From Bilabrum cf. latius (taxonomy: Eukaryota): a DNA stretch of 64,000 nt. Below the pieces are notes generated by a model. That model saw only the letters and a program-made list of their open reading frames with translations, was not told the origin of the DNA and did not search any database. The stretch is taken from assembly GCA_965178125.1 (NCBI GenBank), contig OZ237743.1:62001-126000 (forward strand). Direction: 5' to 3'. Both the position numbers and the translations under genes were made by a program. This document shows, piece after piece, positions 12,101 to 23,700 of the stretch. Numbering within the stretch: the first letter of the stretch is position 1; the number at the start of each line of letters is the position of its first letter.

Positions 12101-15100
12101 AGAGCTGGGCCGCATGGTCCTGCGTAAGACCTACAACCCGCCCCCGAGGGTTGGACCATTGCACGCGCGGCGATTTGTGGCGGCTGTGCGCAAGGCAGCG
12201 GCAGAGGGTGACATATCGATGCCGTCTAGGTTTCTTTCGCGTCTTGAGGAGCTGGCGGGGACGGGTGGGCTTAGGACCGGAGCCACGCGTGCTCTAGAGC
12301 GGGGCGAGCTGAAGCTGTCCCAGTGCGAGCTCAGGGATGTGCACGCCAACGTGCTGGCTGACGGTCTGCTGGCGGTGCCGGTGGCACAGCGGGTGGATCT
12401 GCGGGGGAACAACATCACAGACGCGGGGGCGGCTCATTTGCGAGAGATGCTCTCTAGTCAGATCCAGCAGGCGCAAGGATTTCTTGGGGCGGGTGGCGCG
12501 CGGGAGATCGGGGACGACAGCCCCGAGTTCATGGGTGGATTCCAGGGAGACGGGCCCGAGGCGGAGGCGGTGCGCGCTGCTCTGTCACCCGAGGTGCGGG
12601 CCTCGATCGAGGCAGAGGCACGGCGCGTGGGAGAGACGAAGCGCGCGGCGGCACTGGCGCTGGGCCGCAGTCGGGCGCAGGCGGACGCTGCTGCCAACCA
12701 GGCCAGGCTCCAGCACGTGGAGAGGGCAACGAGTCGGGTGGCTTAGGAGGCCGTGGAGAAACACCGGGGGCAGATGACCCAGCAGGCCAATCGCATTGAC
12801 GGGGGTCTGCTGCGGGATGTGGACCAGGATGAGGACCAAGGCAATGGCAAGGGAGAAGTACTAGAGGAGAAGGGCGGTACATCAACCGGTTCAGACGAGG
12901 AGAAGAAGGGCATGCCGACGCCCTCGCTGCCTGCGTCCCTCCCAAAACCACATGGTGGAGATGGTAGCGGCTTGCGACGGGACGAGGACCAGGAAATCAC
13001 GGCGGAACAGATTCGCCGCCGCCGGCGGCAGGCAGATCCCTAGGACATGCTGGTGCAAATAGACCAGCCCCCGATCGACCCCGAGGACGAGGAGGGCGAG
13101 GATCGGGGCGAGCAGGCGAAGCGGCGCGCCGAGGAGCTGGCACTCGCTGAGGTGGCTGCGTCTGGGGGTTGCCTGGGGACGTGTTTCGGGAGGCGGTTCG
13201 GGCCGGGCACGTCCAAGATCAGAGGTGCGCTGGCAGCCTCGGTGTTTCCAGAGGATAGGCAGGAGCCGGGAGGGAACAAGGCTAATGGGGACAAGGGGAA
13301 GGCAAGGGCAAGGCGGGGCAGCCTGGCGCAGCTGGTGCATGGAGACGGCGAGCTGCTCCAGCTCAGGATTGAGCAAGCCAAGCGGGAGGCCGATGAGAGG
13401 ATGAGGATAGAAGAGGAACAGGAACAGGAGCAAGACAGGGGCAGCAGAAGGGCCAGCACGGGCGCTGGAAGGGCCGCGTCAGGACGGACGGGTGGCTCCA
13501 CCCGTTATAATGACGGGGTCGGGGTCGAAGATGTGCCGCCAGAGCCGTACACGATCACCTGCATCAAGTGCGGCGCCACAGATGAGGCGACAGCCCTGGT
13601 GCCAGGAGGCAAGCGAGCACGATTCGCCAGCTTCGGGGATTTGCACCGATGCAACGCGTGCGGGTGGGAGTGGAGCCGCCCGCTGCACTTTGTGTGCGAG
13701 CTGCGGGCCAGCGAGCCCATGCAGGCAGGCAGGCTGCTGACGCTGGCCAAGTTCAACCTGCAGGCTGCCTCCGCGGAAATGGTTGCATCCTCCATCCGGC
13801 GCGAGGCTGTCACTTTGGATGGGGTCGAGCAGGAGTACAACGCGCTTCTCAAGGCACACGAGCAGGAGTTCGAGGAGACTCTGAGGCAGTTCGAACTGAG
13901 CAAGCTGGGGCCCTCTGCATCTAGGCTCACAGAGGAGCTAGCCGAGTACGGTGAGGCGCTGCTGAGCATGCACCGGCGCGTGTACCACGACTTTGTCAAG
14001 TGCTTGCTGCAGCAGGTCGCCGCCAGGAGACTCAACGGCGTGCGGGACCAGTGCCTGGCCATTGCCACGCGGGCGGATCTGCCCTCAGACTGGGCTCTGG
14101 CCGTGCGGCAGGTGAGGCAGGTGAGGTCCGAAGCGGAGCTAAAGGCCAGAGCCGCGGTGGAGGGGTGGACAGTGGGTGAGGGCTCCATGCAGGCTGTGCT
14201 GGAGGCGATCCAGAGGTCCGAGGGAGTGGTGCTGGGCTTCCTCAGCCGGGTGGTGGACCACGTGAGGGTACGATCGTGCAGTGCAGGTGAGGAGTCCTCC
14301 GTGGTTGTGACAGACGCGGACGAGGCGTGGATGGCCGGTGCCCTGAGTCTGGGCGCGCCTGCACCCGGGATCGTGCCCCTGGCTGTTCCCACGGAGGAGG
14401 GCCACGACATGCGCGTGGTGCGAGTGCTCGCAGCTGAAGTGTCGCAGCTGCGGGGCTGCGAGCAGAGCACGCTGCCTGGGCTTGGCGGGCGTGTGGTACT
14501 TCATGGGTTGGACCCCGCGGGCAAAGGCATGGCAGTGGTGAATGATGTGCCTCTGGGCAGGCGGAACGTGGGTGCTATTCGCTTGTGCTGCCGGCTAGCC
14601 GACTCGACCGGCGAGCAAGGTGAGCCTGACACCGAAGGTGATGGTCATGCGTCCGCTGCATCACACGGTCACGATGCCACGAGAGCGAGAGCGGGAGAGA
14701 CGGCAGATATGGCAGGGATAGAGACACACGAGCTGTTCGTGGACGAGCAGACCTGCCTGGATGGGCCCGACGGTCCTAGCCGAGACCAGGACAGGCAGAA
14801 TGCACGCAGTGGCAGCATCCTTGAAATGCGCAGGCTCCCATCCCTGGTGCCGCCTGAGTCTCCGCCGTATAGGACCATCCATGTCCGGCTGGGCGGAGTG
14901 CAGGGGCCGCTTCTGGCGCAGTTTGAGATGCGGCCAACCATCGACGCTCTGTCCCACATTGTGGCGGCGCTGGAGCTGCCCAAGTCCAAGGGGGCTCTGC
15001 AGGCGAGGCCAGCTGCCGTCACTTCTGTCACCGGGTCTCGGGGCCGCACGAGGCCGGCCCCACCCATCCCAAGCGGTGTGTCCCTGGACGTGCGCGGGGG

Positions 15101-15497
15101 CCAACCCCTCGGAGCGAGAGCCACGGAGGCTGTGGACCCTGCAGCAGGCCGGGCCGTGTTCTCCGAGGCCAGGCGCAGGAGGGTGCGAGCCAGGATGCGG
15201 GCGGTGCTGCGATTCGCGGCGCTAATGCTCCGGGGATAGGGTGCCTCGACCGTAGGGACGGGGTCGGGGTCGGGGCAAGGAGGAGCCATGAGTGGCCAGC
15301 TTGATGGTGTGCACGAGGCTGGGCAGTGGGAGACGCTTGTGGTGCCCTCGCAGTGTCACACATCGTCGCTTGCTCCGCGGGCGGGAGAGACAGCCGTGTC
15401 TCGGGCTTGCATGGACCACGTCGGGAGATGCCCAGTGTTCGTCTTGTTTGGGGCCGGGCTGGAGGGGCTTGCGGTGCAGTGGATCGAATTCGAATGA
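9132..15497 (+). CDS. Large protein with RCC1 repeats, EF-hands, an LRR segment and a CxxC...CxxC motif (about 2120 aa)
   Basis: One frame with 11 in-frame TAGs, TGA at 15495. RCC1 repeats: VACGKQHSCAIDSNGILFAWGDGACGQLG and AAAGGQHSVFLTDEGMVWTCGDGASGQLG. EF-hand: FDQVDTDGSNAIDGQEL. RNI-like LRR: VDLRGNNITDAGAAHL. Cys pairs: CIKCG...CNACG. Confidence 0.8.
10870..10953 (+). repeat. (GCAGGT/GCAGGG)n hexamer microsatellite encoding (Ala-Gly)n
   Basis: About 14 tandem hexamers within the RCC1 protein CDS. Confidence 0.9.
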
Positions 15498-15596
15498 TCC
15501 GGATTCCGAAAGGATTACCGGGTTGCAGGCAAAAGGCTTGCTCGCGAACCCCGAATAGTGTTGTTTGTTGAATCACTTGATGTCGAGAACGCGGGT

Positions 15597-18083
15597 TCAC
15601 ATACGCAAATCCACCCAGACCGGAGCGTGGTCCGACACTCGCGGCGACACCTCGACCACATCACAGACGCCGCCCGGCCTCAGCATTGCCTCGGGTACTG
15701 CCCCCACTGCAGGCAGCGGGCTGTCCCTGGCGAGAGCCAGCATGCCCGCCACGTCCCGAACGAATGAGATGGGCGCGGCAAGCGAGTCTTTGGCCCAGCC
15801 CGCTGCCTCCTCATTCCAGCTGCCCGCATGCAGCGCGTGTTGCCCGGCCATGCATCTCGCAGCCTGCTGCAGGGCATCCATGGCGTGCTTGGTGGCATGC
15901 AGCTAGACGCCACCCACGTGAGCCGTGATACCAGCCCCTCCCAAACGCACCCCCACTGCTTCCTCCCAAGGGTCTGTCTTTTCAGTCCGAGTCGCGTTTG
16001 GATCGCTTCTCTTTCTGTCCTGGGCTTTGTTGGCCTGCATCAAATTGCTCTGTCGCTGCTGCAGTTGCAGCATCTATCCCATCTGCCCGTCGAGCGCCTC
16101 CCACGACCCCACTGCCCCGCAGCCGACAGCAGCATGCTTCCACTCCCCAGTTGGTTCCGTGCAAGCCCACACCATGCGACCTAGCAGCTGAAGATGCGGG
16201 GGCCACTCGCCCCCCAGCCGCTCGATCCCGGCCCCGAGCACGGCCCCTGTCCTCAGCAAACCATCGGAAACCAGCACGTGGTCGAATAGAGACACGCCGA
16301 ACTGCATAGACCCTGCCGAAATGGGGGCCCAGGACCACCGGTCGGATTGGTTTAGCAACTGTGCAGTCGACACGAGCCGGAGAGGAGCACCGTGGTCGGC
16401 TGCACCCCAGTCTTCGTGCCCTGTGTCTCGCTGCCCTGCGGCCTGCCTGCGGCCCCCGCGCACCACTGCCACCACGCTCCCCACCGCAGTCTGCCGAACA
16501 CTCGGGAGGCCTGACGAAGTATGCCGTGCCGCACCACCGTCTACAGAACCTGCCCCAGACAGCTCCGAGCAGGCAGTGCCCCGTTCGCTGGCCTCTCTCC
16601 CCAGCAGGCGCACGTCATTACCCTGATGCTGGCTCGCGCGACCACCGTCCGACGCACCCAAGCCCACGTCGCACGCCAACCGCAGCGAAGTACGGCCCCG
16701 CATGCCCCCCGAACGACTATGCCGCCTCCCACGCTTCTTTCCCCTGCGCATTTGCTCCTGCTCCCGCTCCTCCCTGACCCTGTCCTCTTCTTGCCTTGCC
16801 TACGGCGTCACGGAGCGGGGGCCGGAGCTCTCGCTCGGGATCTAGTCGGGGAGCTCGTCCAAGTCAACCAGACCGGCTTGCCCCACCCGCAGCACCTGCA
16901 TCGCCCGCGAGGACGGCAGGTTGCCCCACGCGTCCAGCACGCTGACTCGCTGCATGGACAGCGCATCCCTTGTGGGCCTCCCCACGGACCCGACGCCGAC
17001 CATGTTCGAGGCACGGGCGGCAGGATGCAGTGCATGCAGGAGCCGCTGGTGGGTGGTGGGGGCCGGCAGCACAGCATCCTTACCTTGTAGTGCTTTGGAT
17101 TCACCCAACGCATCTACCTCGACTGGCCCAGCACCAGCATCAGTCCATCGCCCGCTCCCCTCGGCTCCCGTGCCATCGTCCAGGTCGTTCATGTCACCCA
17201 GCAGAACCACGGGGCACGCACCCGCCCCACCTCCCTCCTCGGCACAGAGCCGCTCCACCGCCCGTCGCAGCACCAGGGCCTGCCCCTCCCTCCTGGCACA
17301 GCTCCTCGCCTCGTGGGGGAATGCCTTCAGGTGGGCCACTGCCACCACGAGGAAGCGAGCACCGGCTGCATGCTCGCTGGAGTCGGGCGGAAGCTGCACA
17401 CGAACAAAAAGGTGCCTTACCAAGCCTTGAGTGGGTATATCGCGGAGGGCGCGGCGCCTCTTTCTTTGCAGCTGTGCTCGGACACCGTCCCAGGCGCTCG
17501 GTGACCTGGCAACCGCTTCTCGCTCATCTTCAGGCAACCAGATTCCGCAGGCAGACCCTTCGAGGGGAAGTTTGACCTGCTCGGCTGATTGCCACGCGTC
17601 AGCCACGGGTAAACGAGATAGCACGCCGACAGTCATGCCTTGCCTGTAATTGGTCGGTGCAGCAATAGCTTTCCAGTCGTGGTGGTACCACCTTGCGGGA
17701 CTTCGCCACGAAGCGTACGCGTCCCCACGCGGACACGATACACTTGCATGCGCAGAGGTGGCGTTGCTGAGGTTCGGACACATCATCCTCGAGTCCCAAA
17801 AGTTGAGAACCGCAGCAATGTGCTGGGCTACCGCTATGCCGTCGATTTCCTGCAGCCCCACAACATCAGCACCCAGCGACTGTATGCTATATGCTAGGAA
17901 ATTGGCATGCTGGACCCAGTCAGACGGATTGTTCCTAACGGCACCATACCAGGATCCGTTCTGAACCTGAATGTCTCCAAAAAACCCGTAGTAGGTGTTG
18001 AACGATGCCACTCTAAGGCTGGCAGCCAGCCTGCAAACAATAAGCGATACAAATAACGCAGATATTGGTGCGTCGTACCGCAT
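15597..18083 (-). CDS. Endonuclease/exonuclease/phosphatase (EEP, DNase I-like) family protein, probable signal peptide
   Basis: Motifs LRVASFN, ADVVGLQEI, VGVLSRLP, VAVAHLKA, VVLLGDMND, LFDHVLVS and SDHAPV all lie in one frame, but only across 4 TAGs (e.g. 16842, 16074). Ends at TGA 15597. ATG 18083 precedes a hydrophobic leader; an upstream ATG lies at 18230. Confidence 0.85.
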
Positions 18084-18229
18084 GCCTTTTTGTCGTTCAA
18101 GCAAACAGTGAGATCGAATATTGTTGCGGAATTCCGCAAGGTTGGCTGCACTGCACTGGAAACCACCGGCACGAGAGTCCACCGCTGGGCTAGAAGCTTG
18201 ATGTGGCACCAAGTAAAGCACTTGATGCA

Positions 18230-19544
18230 TCAGTCCATGTCATCAAGTGGATCCTATGAGACATTCCCGCCTGTCGCATGCCCCCGCATGCCCCCGAGCG
18301 CATCCTCCAAATCACCGTCATTCAGGTAGTCACCGGATCTACCCGCTGCCCCAACGCCAGAGCGCCCGGCCCCTGTCGCCGCACCCACCGCTTCAATACC
18401 GTCCTCGTTCTCGTCTTCGTCCCATGGCCCACCCCCACCACCCATCGGAGCAGACGGCCCGTCCCCCCTGCCCTCGTCATCTGCAACAGAGGCCAGCACT
18501 TGACTAGGGGCACCCGCTGGCACTGGCACTGCAACAGAGGCCAGCACTTGACTAGGGGCACCCGCTGGCACTGGCACTGCAACAGAGGCCAGCACTTGAC
18601 TAGGGGCACCCGCTGGCACTGGCACTGCAACAGAGGCCAGCACTTGACTAGGGGCACCCGCTGGCACTGGCACTGCAACAGAGGCCAGCACTTGACTAGG
18701 GGCACCCGCTGGCACTGGCACTGCAACAGAGGCCAGCACTTGACTAGGGGCACCCGCTGGCACTGGCACTGGCCCGTTTGGTGCAAACTCAGCGGCATGC
18801 GATGAACCCGCAGCATCACCTGCAGCTGCAGCCGAGGAAGAGGACGATGATGAAGCACTCGAGCCCTTCCCACTTTCCATTACCACTCTGCCCCCCTCTA
18901 CCCCTGCCCCTCCCTGCCCCAGTCCCAGGAAATGGTCCAGCTCCCGCACGGCCCTCAGCCCTGCCTCCTCCGCTGGACTGGCCTCGCTGCCTCCCATGGC
19001 ACCGAATTCCACCGAATGCTCTCCCATCCTCGGCAGCACGCGGCCCAGTGCTTCGGCATACGGCCGTGCGATCGAAGGGATGGATCGGTCCTCTTGTGCG
19101 GTTCCATTGGAGGCTCCTGCCCTTACCCCTGCACCAACCTTTGGTTCTGGCGGTTCAGCCACGTCCCCCTCCACTCCTAGTGCGTCTGCCTGCGCCTCCA
19201 CGCTCCCTGTGGGTCCCACACCCAGCCAGCGGCCCCACGCTGCAGCCAAGGCCGCCGCCTTTTTCTACCCTGGATCCACTTTCTCGGCGCTCTTTAGCTT
19301 GGGCAGCTCCCCAGGGATGCCCTGCTCCTGCTCCTCCTTCCCTTCTCTTCCTTCGCCTGCTGCCTCTGCTTTCTATGCATCGTTGTCACCCGGTTCTTTG
19401 TGTCCACTGGCTGACTAGAAGGGGTCCATGGCTGCAGCCTCGTCCTGGTCCGATGCTGCTGCCTTGGCTTGCCCCCCCCGCTTGCCGCGCCCCCGCTTCC
19501 CTTGCCTCCATTCGCCGCCTTCATCTTCATCTTCATCTACATCT

Positions 19545-19581
<37 letters not shown>

Positions 19582-20269
19582 AATCACCCCTCATGGCAAC
19601 GGAACCTTTCGCGCGTTGCCCCGTCAGTTCGTCTGCCGATCGTGCAGAGTCGTCTGCCCGGCCTCGTGACGAGCTGCTACGCTTGGCCCCACCCGCGGCA
19701 CCGAGCATCTTCGCTTGCACGTCTCGGAGTTGCGGAGGAGGGGAGATCCCAGCTGCAGCTAAGATCGAAGCAGCGTTCCTGCGCATTTCATCTGCATCCT
19801 CCTCTTGCTTGCCAGAGGCGGGGGCGGATGCCGAGCCCGCACCGGACTACGCACCTGACGGGCGCCCATGGCGTGACCCATCCACAGGATAGGGCCCCTT
19901 TGGCTTGCCGATACCTGTAGTGGCATCTCTTTGCGCTGCTTTCGGCAACTCTCCCACACCAATGAGCGAAGGATCGAACCCTAGGCCGATGCGGTCAAAT
20001 GCCCTAGAGTCTTCCGCTGCCTATCGTAGGTCCATGCCTCGCATCTGTTGCTCCAATAGGCTTATTTGCTAATCTAAACTTCCTAGCGGCATATCCGAAT
20101 CAAGTCTATCTTCAAGGGTCGCAATGTCTGGATCAGTCTATGCCATTTGTTCGAGCATGTCCTCCACACTGGTCCGAAATTCCTATTTTTCAGGTGTCTG
20201 CAAGTCATGTGATTCCAGCAGCTCTCCAAGTATGCTATCATCCAGCTAAGTGGGAGACTGACCACTCAT
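18230..20269 (-). CDS. Hypothetical acidic/coiled-coil protein with a 16-aa tandem repeat
   Basis: Single frame with about 10 TAGs from ATG 20269 to TGA 18230-18232. N-terminal heptad-like stretch LD*QISLLEQQMRGMDLR*, a poly-Asp run, and C-terminus DPLDDMD. Confidence 0.6.
18481..18768. repeat. Six perfect 48-bp tandem repeats (coding VPVPAGAPSQVLASVA on the minus strand)
   Basis: Unit CTGCAACAGAGGCCAGCACTTGACTAGGGGCACCCGCTGGCACTGGCA at 18481, 18529, 18577, 18625, 18673 and 18721, with no spacers. Confidence 0.95.
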
Positions 20270-20730
20270 AGTGCCAGGGTGCGTAGCAATGCAAGGCTAT
20301 AGTACCATCCATATCATCAGTTGCACTTAGGCGCCAGTGGTTCCGCACAACGAATGCGCGGCGTCAGATGCAGTGCACGACCGAGCCACACAGCAGGGCT
20401 GCGGTTGCGAGCAGCAATCGGATCTCGTGGATAGTGGCATCTGCTGATAAAAGAGTGAGGATCAAAGCAGCGATTGTTACTAATTATATTTGCTGCCAAA
20501 TTATCGTGATACAATTTGCCCGTCCGACCTACATCTCGCTTCAAAACACGTTGCTAGTTTCTGTTTTGTGTCACGCGATCCGCAGTGAGCGGGCGATAGG
20601 TGCCGGATCGCAGTCCAATCATGCGTTTCAGCGCGCTCGCGCGATTAGCAGCAAAATGTGAGCTCCTTGACCCGGCCATGCGTTGCGCAGTCGCTGCTGC
20701 AACATATTTAGTTTCACTTGCTGATGTCGC

Positions 20731-23700
20731 ATGTTGCACTTTTTCGCTGCCGCAGCTCCCCATCCCTCGCCAATTGCGCAACGGGGTCAGACAACATTGT
20801 TACGAAGTAACAGAGGGCAACACGGTCGCGCTGAAGCAGTCGCAGCCCCCGCATCGAGGCGTCGTAGCCTGCGACGAGCCGATCACCCATCCGGCGCAGG
20901 ACCGAGTCATGGCACTGCCGGCTCCCCGGGGCTGAAGCGAGCCGGTAGCTCGTGGGCGGACGTGCTTGCTCCCTCCCCGGAAGACCGTCGAGGCATCAGC
21001 GCCGGCATGCGCGGACCAGCGCCAGCGCAACGCAGTCCGGGGGCAGGCACGCAGCAGCACGCCACTGGGCGCTCGAGCGTGGGGGGCCAGGCAGCGGGGC
21101 GAGGCCGCAGCAGGGGGAACAGCAGCGTAGACTCACTGGGCAAGCCCCGCGTCTCGTGGGCCGCCGCCGCTCCCAGCTAGAGGCAGGGACAGGTGCAGAG
21201 ACAGGGACAGGGACAGTCGCGCAGGTCGCCTGCTGATGCGCGCAGGCGACTCAGGCAGCACCAGCAACAGCAGCGGCAGCGGCAGCACAGCGCGGATGCG
21301 GGGCAACGGCGGAGGAGAGAGGCGAGGGAAGGGCGTGTGACGAGTGCATCGGGACGGTCCTCCTCGGTGCCTCGCCACACGGGCACCCGCCAGGCCCGGA
21401 GCTCACCGGGTGCACAGCACGGTGGTGTGCCCCCGTCATTGTTGTCTGTGTCACCACCGTCTGCAGGAGGCAGCGGCGCGTTCAAGTCTCCCAGAGACAG
21501 GGCCCGAGGTCTGCGTGACCAGGAATCGGCCGCCCTCACCCCCGGCAGTAGCACCAGCACCAGCCCGTCTGCTGCCGCGACAAGGAACCAGCAGTTGCAG
21601 TAGCAGTCGCAGTCGCACTTCGACCAGCGCCCCCCCCTCCCGGACTCCCCCCGCACCCGGGCCCTCGTCGCCCGCAAGACCCCTCTGCTCACCGCCCGGC
21701 TGCAGGACACGCTCGCCGAGCTGCACACGAACGCGCACCTGCTGCACCCGGGCGGAGGCAGCCCCCTGACCTCTCTGGCACAGGACGCACGGGTGCTGGC
21801 CAAGGAGGTACTGGCCCGGTGGAGGCAATCCAACGCGGTGGCCATGGCAGGGCTGGCTAGGCTGGAGCAAGACCTGCTGGCCAAGGCCAAGCAGAGCAAG
21901 AAGAGGGCGAGGGAGGTGGAGAGGAGCAGGGCCAGGAGGAGAGAGGCAGAGAGGTCTGCGGCCATGCTGCGGTGCTTCTGCGAGCAACTGGCCAGGCGCA
22001 TGCCCGTGCACGAGGTGGCTGCGGCGGCGAATGCGGCACATGAGGAACTCAGGGAAGGTCAGGGGCGAGGGGGTGGCAGGAATGGTGTGGGTGCATCGGA
22101 GGGTGGCGCAGCGGACGTGCTGGGAGCTTTTGCTCCGATCGGCGTGCCTGTGGGCGGCAGTGCCGGGGGCCCCACCGAGTACCATGGGGCTGGTGGAGGC
22201 CAGCATGGCCAGGAGAGCAAAACCGAGCAGGGGCAGGCGAAGGGCGGTGCGCCCTTTGGATCTCCTGCGGTGATCGATCGGCTAGCGGCTGCTGTGAAGG
22301 GCGGAGACACGGCCGGATTCTTCGAGTCGCTCGAGCGGGAGGCTGGCATCGGGCCCGAAGGGAGGAATGGACAGCCAGCGAGCGCCGAGTCATCGCCAGG
22401 ACAGGCAGCAGGGGCCGGGAGCAAGCCCCGACAGTCGCCCCCCAAGCCGTCCTCCCCCCCTGCTCCCACTTCCAAGCCTGCGCAGCCCAGCTCCCGGGCC
22501 AGTACGCCGGAGAGAATTCCAGACCAGGGAAACGCAAGGGCAACCTCGCCCTCATCCCAGGGTAGCAGTAGAGAAACCTCTCCCAGGGAACAACCGATCC
22601 TTGCACTCCCGCAGCCCGGCCCCTCCCGGTGGTGGTCTAGCTTCAGGTCACACGAGGTGCGCAAGCTGTGGGGGCACGAGCTTACTGAGCACCTGCTGCG
22701 GAATCAGCCGGAGCTGGGGCGGGCGGGGGAGCGGGGGCGGGAGGAGAGGGTGCCGCTGGCCAGCGCCGTGTTTGCTGCACACGAAGTGCGGGCGGCTGCG
22801 GCTGCGTTACTGCAGGCCCGAGGGCTCAGGATGGTGGTGCTGGGCACGGGCACCAAGCCAGAGATTCCAAAGGATGGGCTGCCTGCTCGGCTGCTGGATG
22901 AGGGCACGGCACACGAGTTGGAGCTGGTCGCGGTGGTGAGGCCCAGGCCTGGACTGCAGGGAACGGGACAAGAACAGGAACAAGAACAGGGACATGGACA
23001 GGGACATGGACATGGACACGGACAGGAACAGGGAGAAGAAACACCCTTGAAGATCAGCCCGGCGTCATCCATTGGCTCCGTATCAGCAACGAGCACAACT
23101 GAGGAGCAGTTGCAAGAATCTAGTGGTGCCCCAGCATCGAGTGATGTGGCTGCATCGTTGCCCTCATCCTCGTCCCACCAGCCCCCCTAGCCCGCAGAGA
23201 ACAGGCGGCAGACAGGTGCCCCACAAATTCCCAGCGGCAAGCATCATCCCCCGGCTCCCAGCGGCAAGCACTCGCCCCCGCCACCACCTGGCGGCAAGCA
23301 TCATCCCCCGGCTCCCAGCGGCAAGCATCATCCCCCGGCTCCCAGCGGCAAGCATCATCCCCCGGCTCCCAGCGGCAAGCACTCGCCCCCGCCAGCTCCC
23401 AGCGGCAAGCATCATCCCCCGGCTCCCAGCGGCAAGCACTCGCCCCCGCCACCCCCTGGCGGCAAGCATCATCCCCCGGCTCCCAGCGGCAAGCACTCGC
23501 CCCCGCCAGCTCCCAGCGGCAAGCATCATCCCCCGGCTCCCAGCGGCAAGCATCATCCCCCGGCTCCCAGCGGCAAGCATCATCCCCCGGCTCCCAGCGG
23601 CAAGCACTCGCCCCCGCCAGCTCCCAGCGGCAAGCATCATCCCCCGGCTCCCAGCGGCAAGCATCATCCCCCGGCTCCCAGCGGCAAGCACTCGCCCCAG

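Noticed and set aside
18228-18232. TGATG stop/start overlap suggesting translational coupling
   Set aside because: ATG 18083, which precedes a signal peptide, is the more plausible EEP start. The overlap is probably coincidental.
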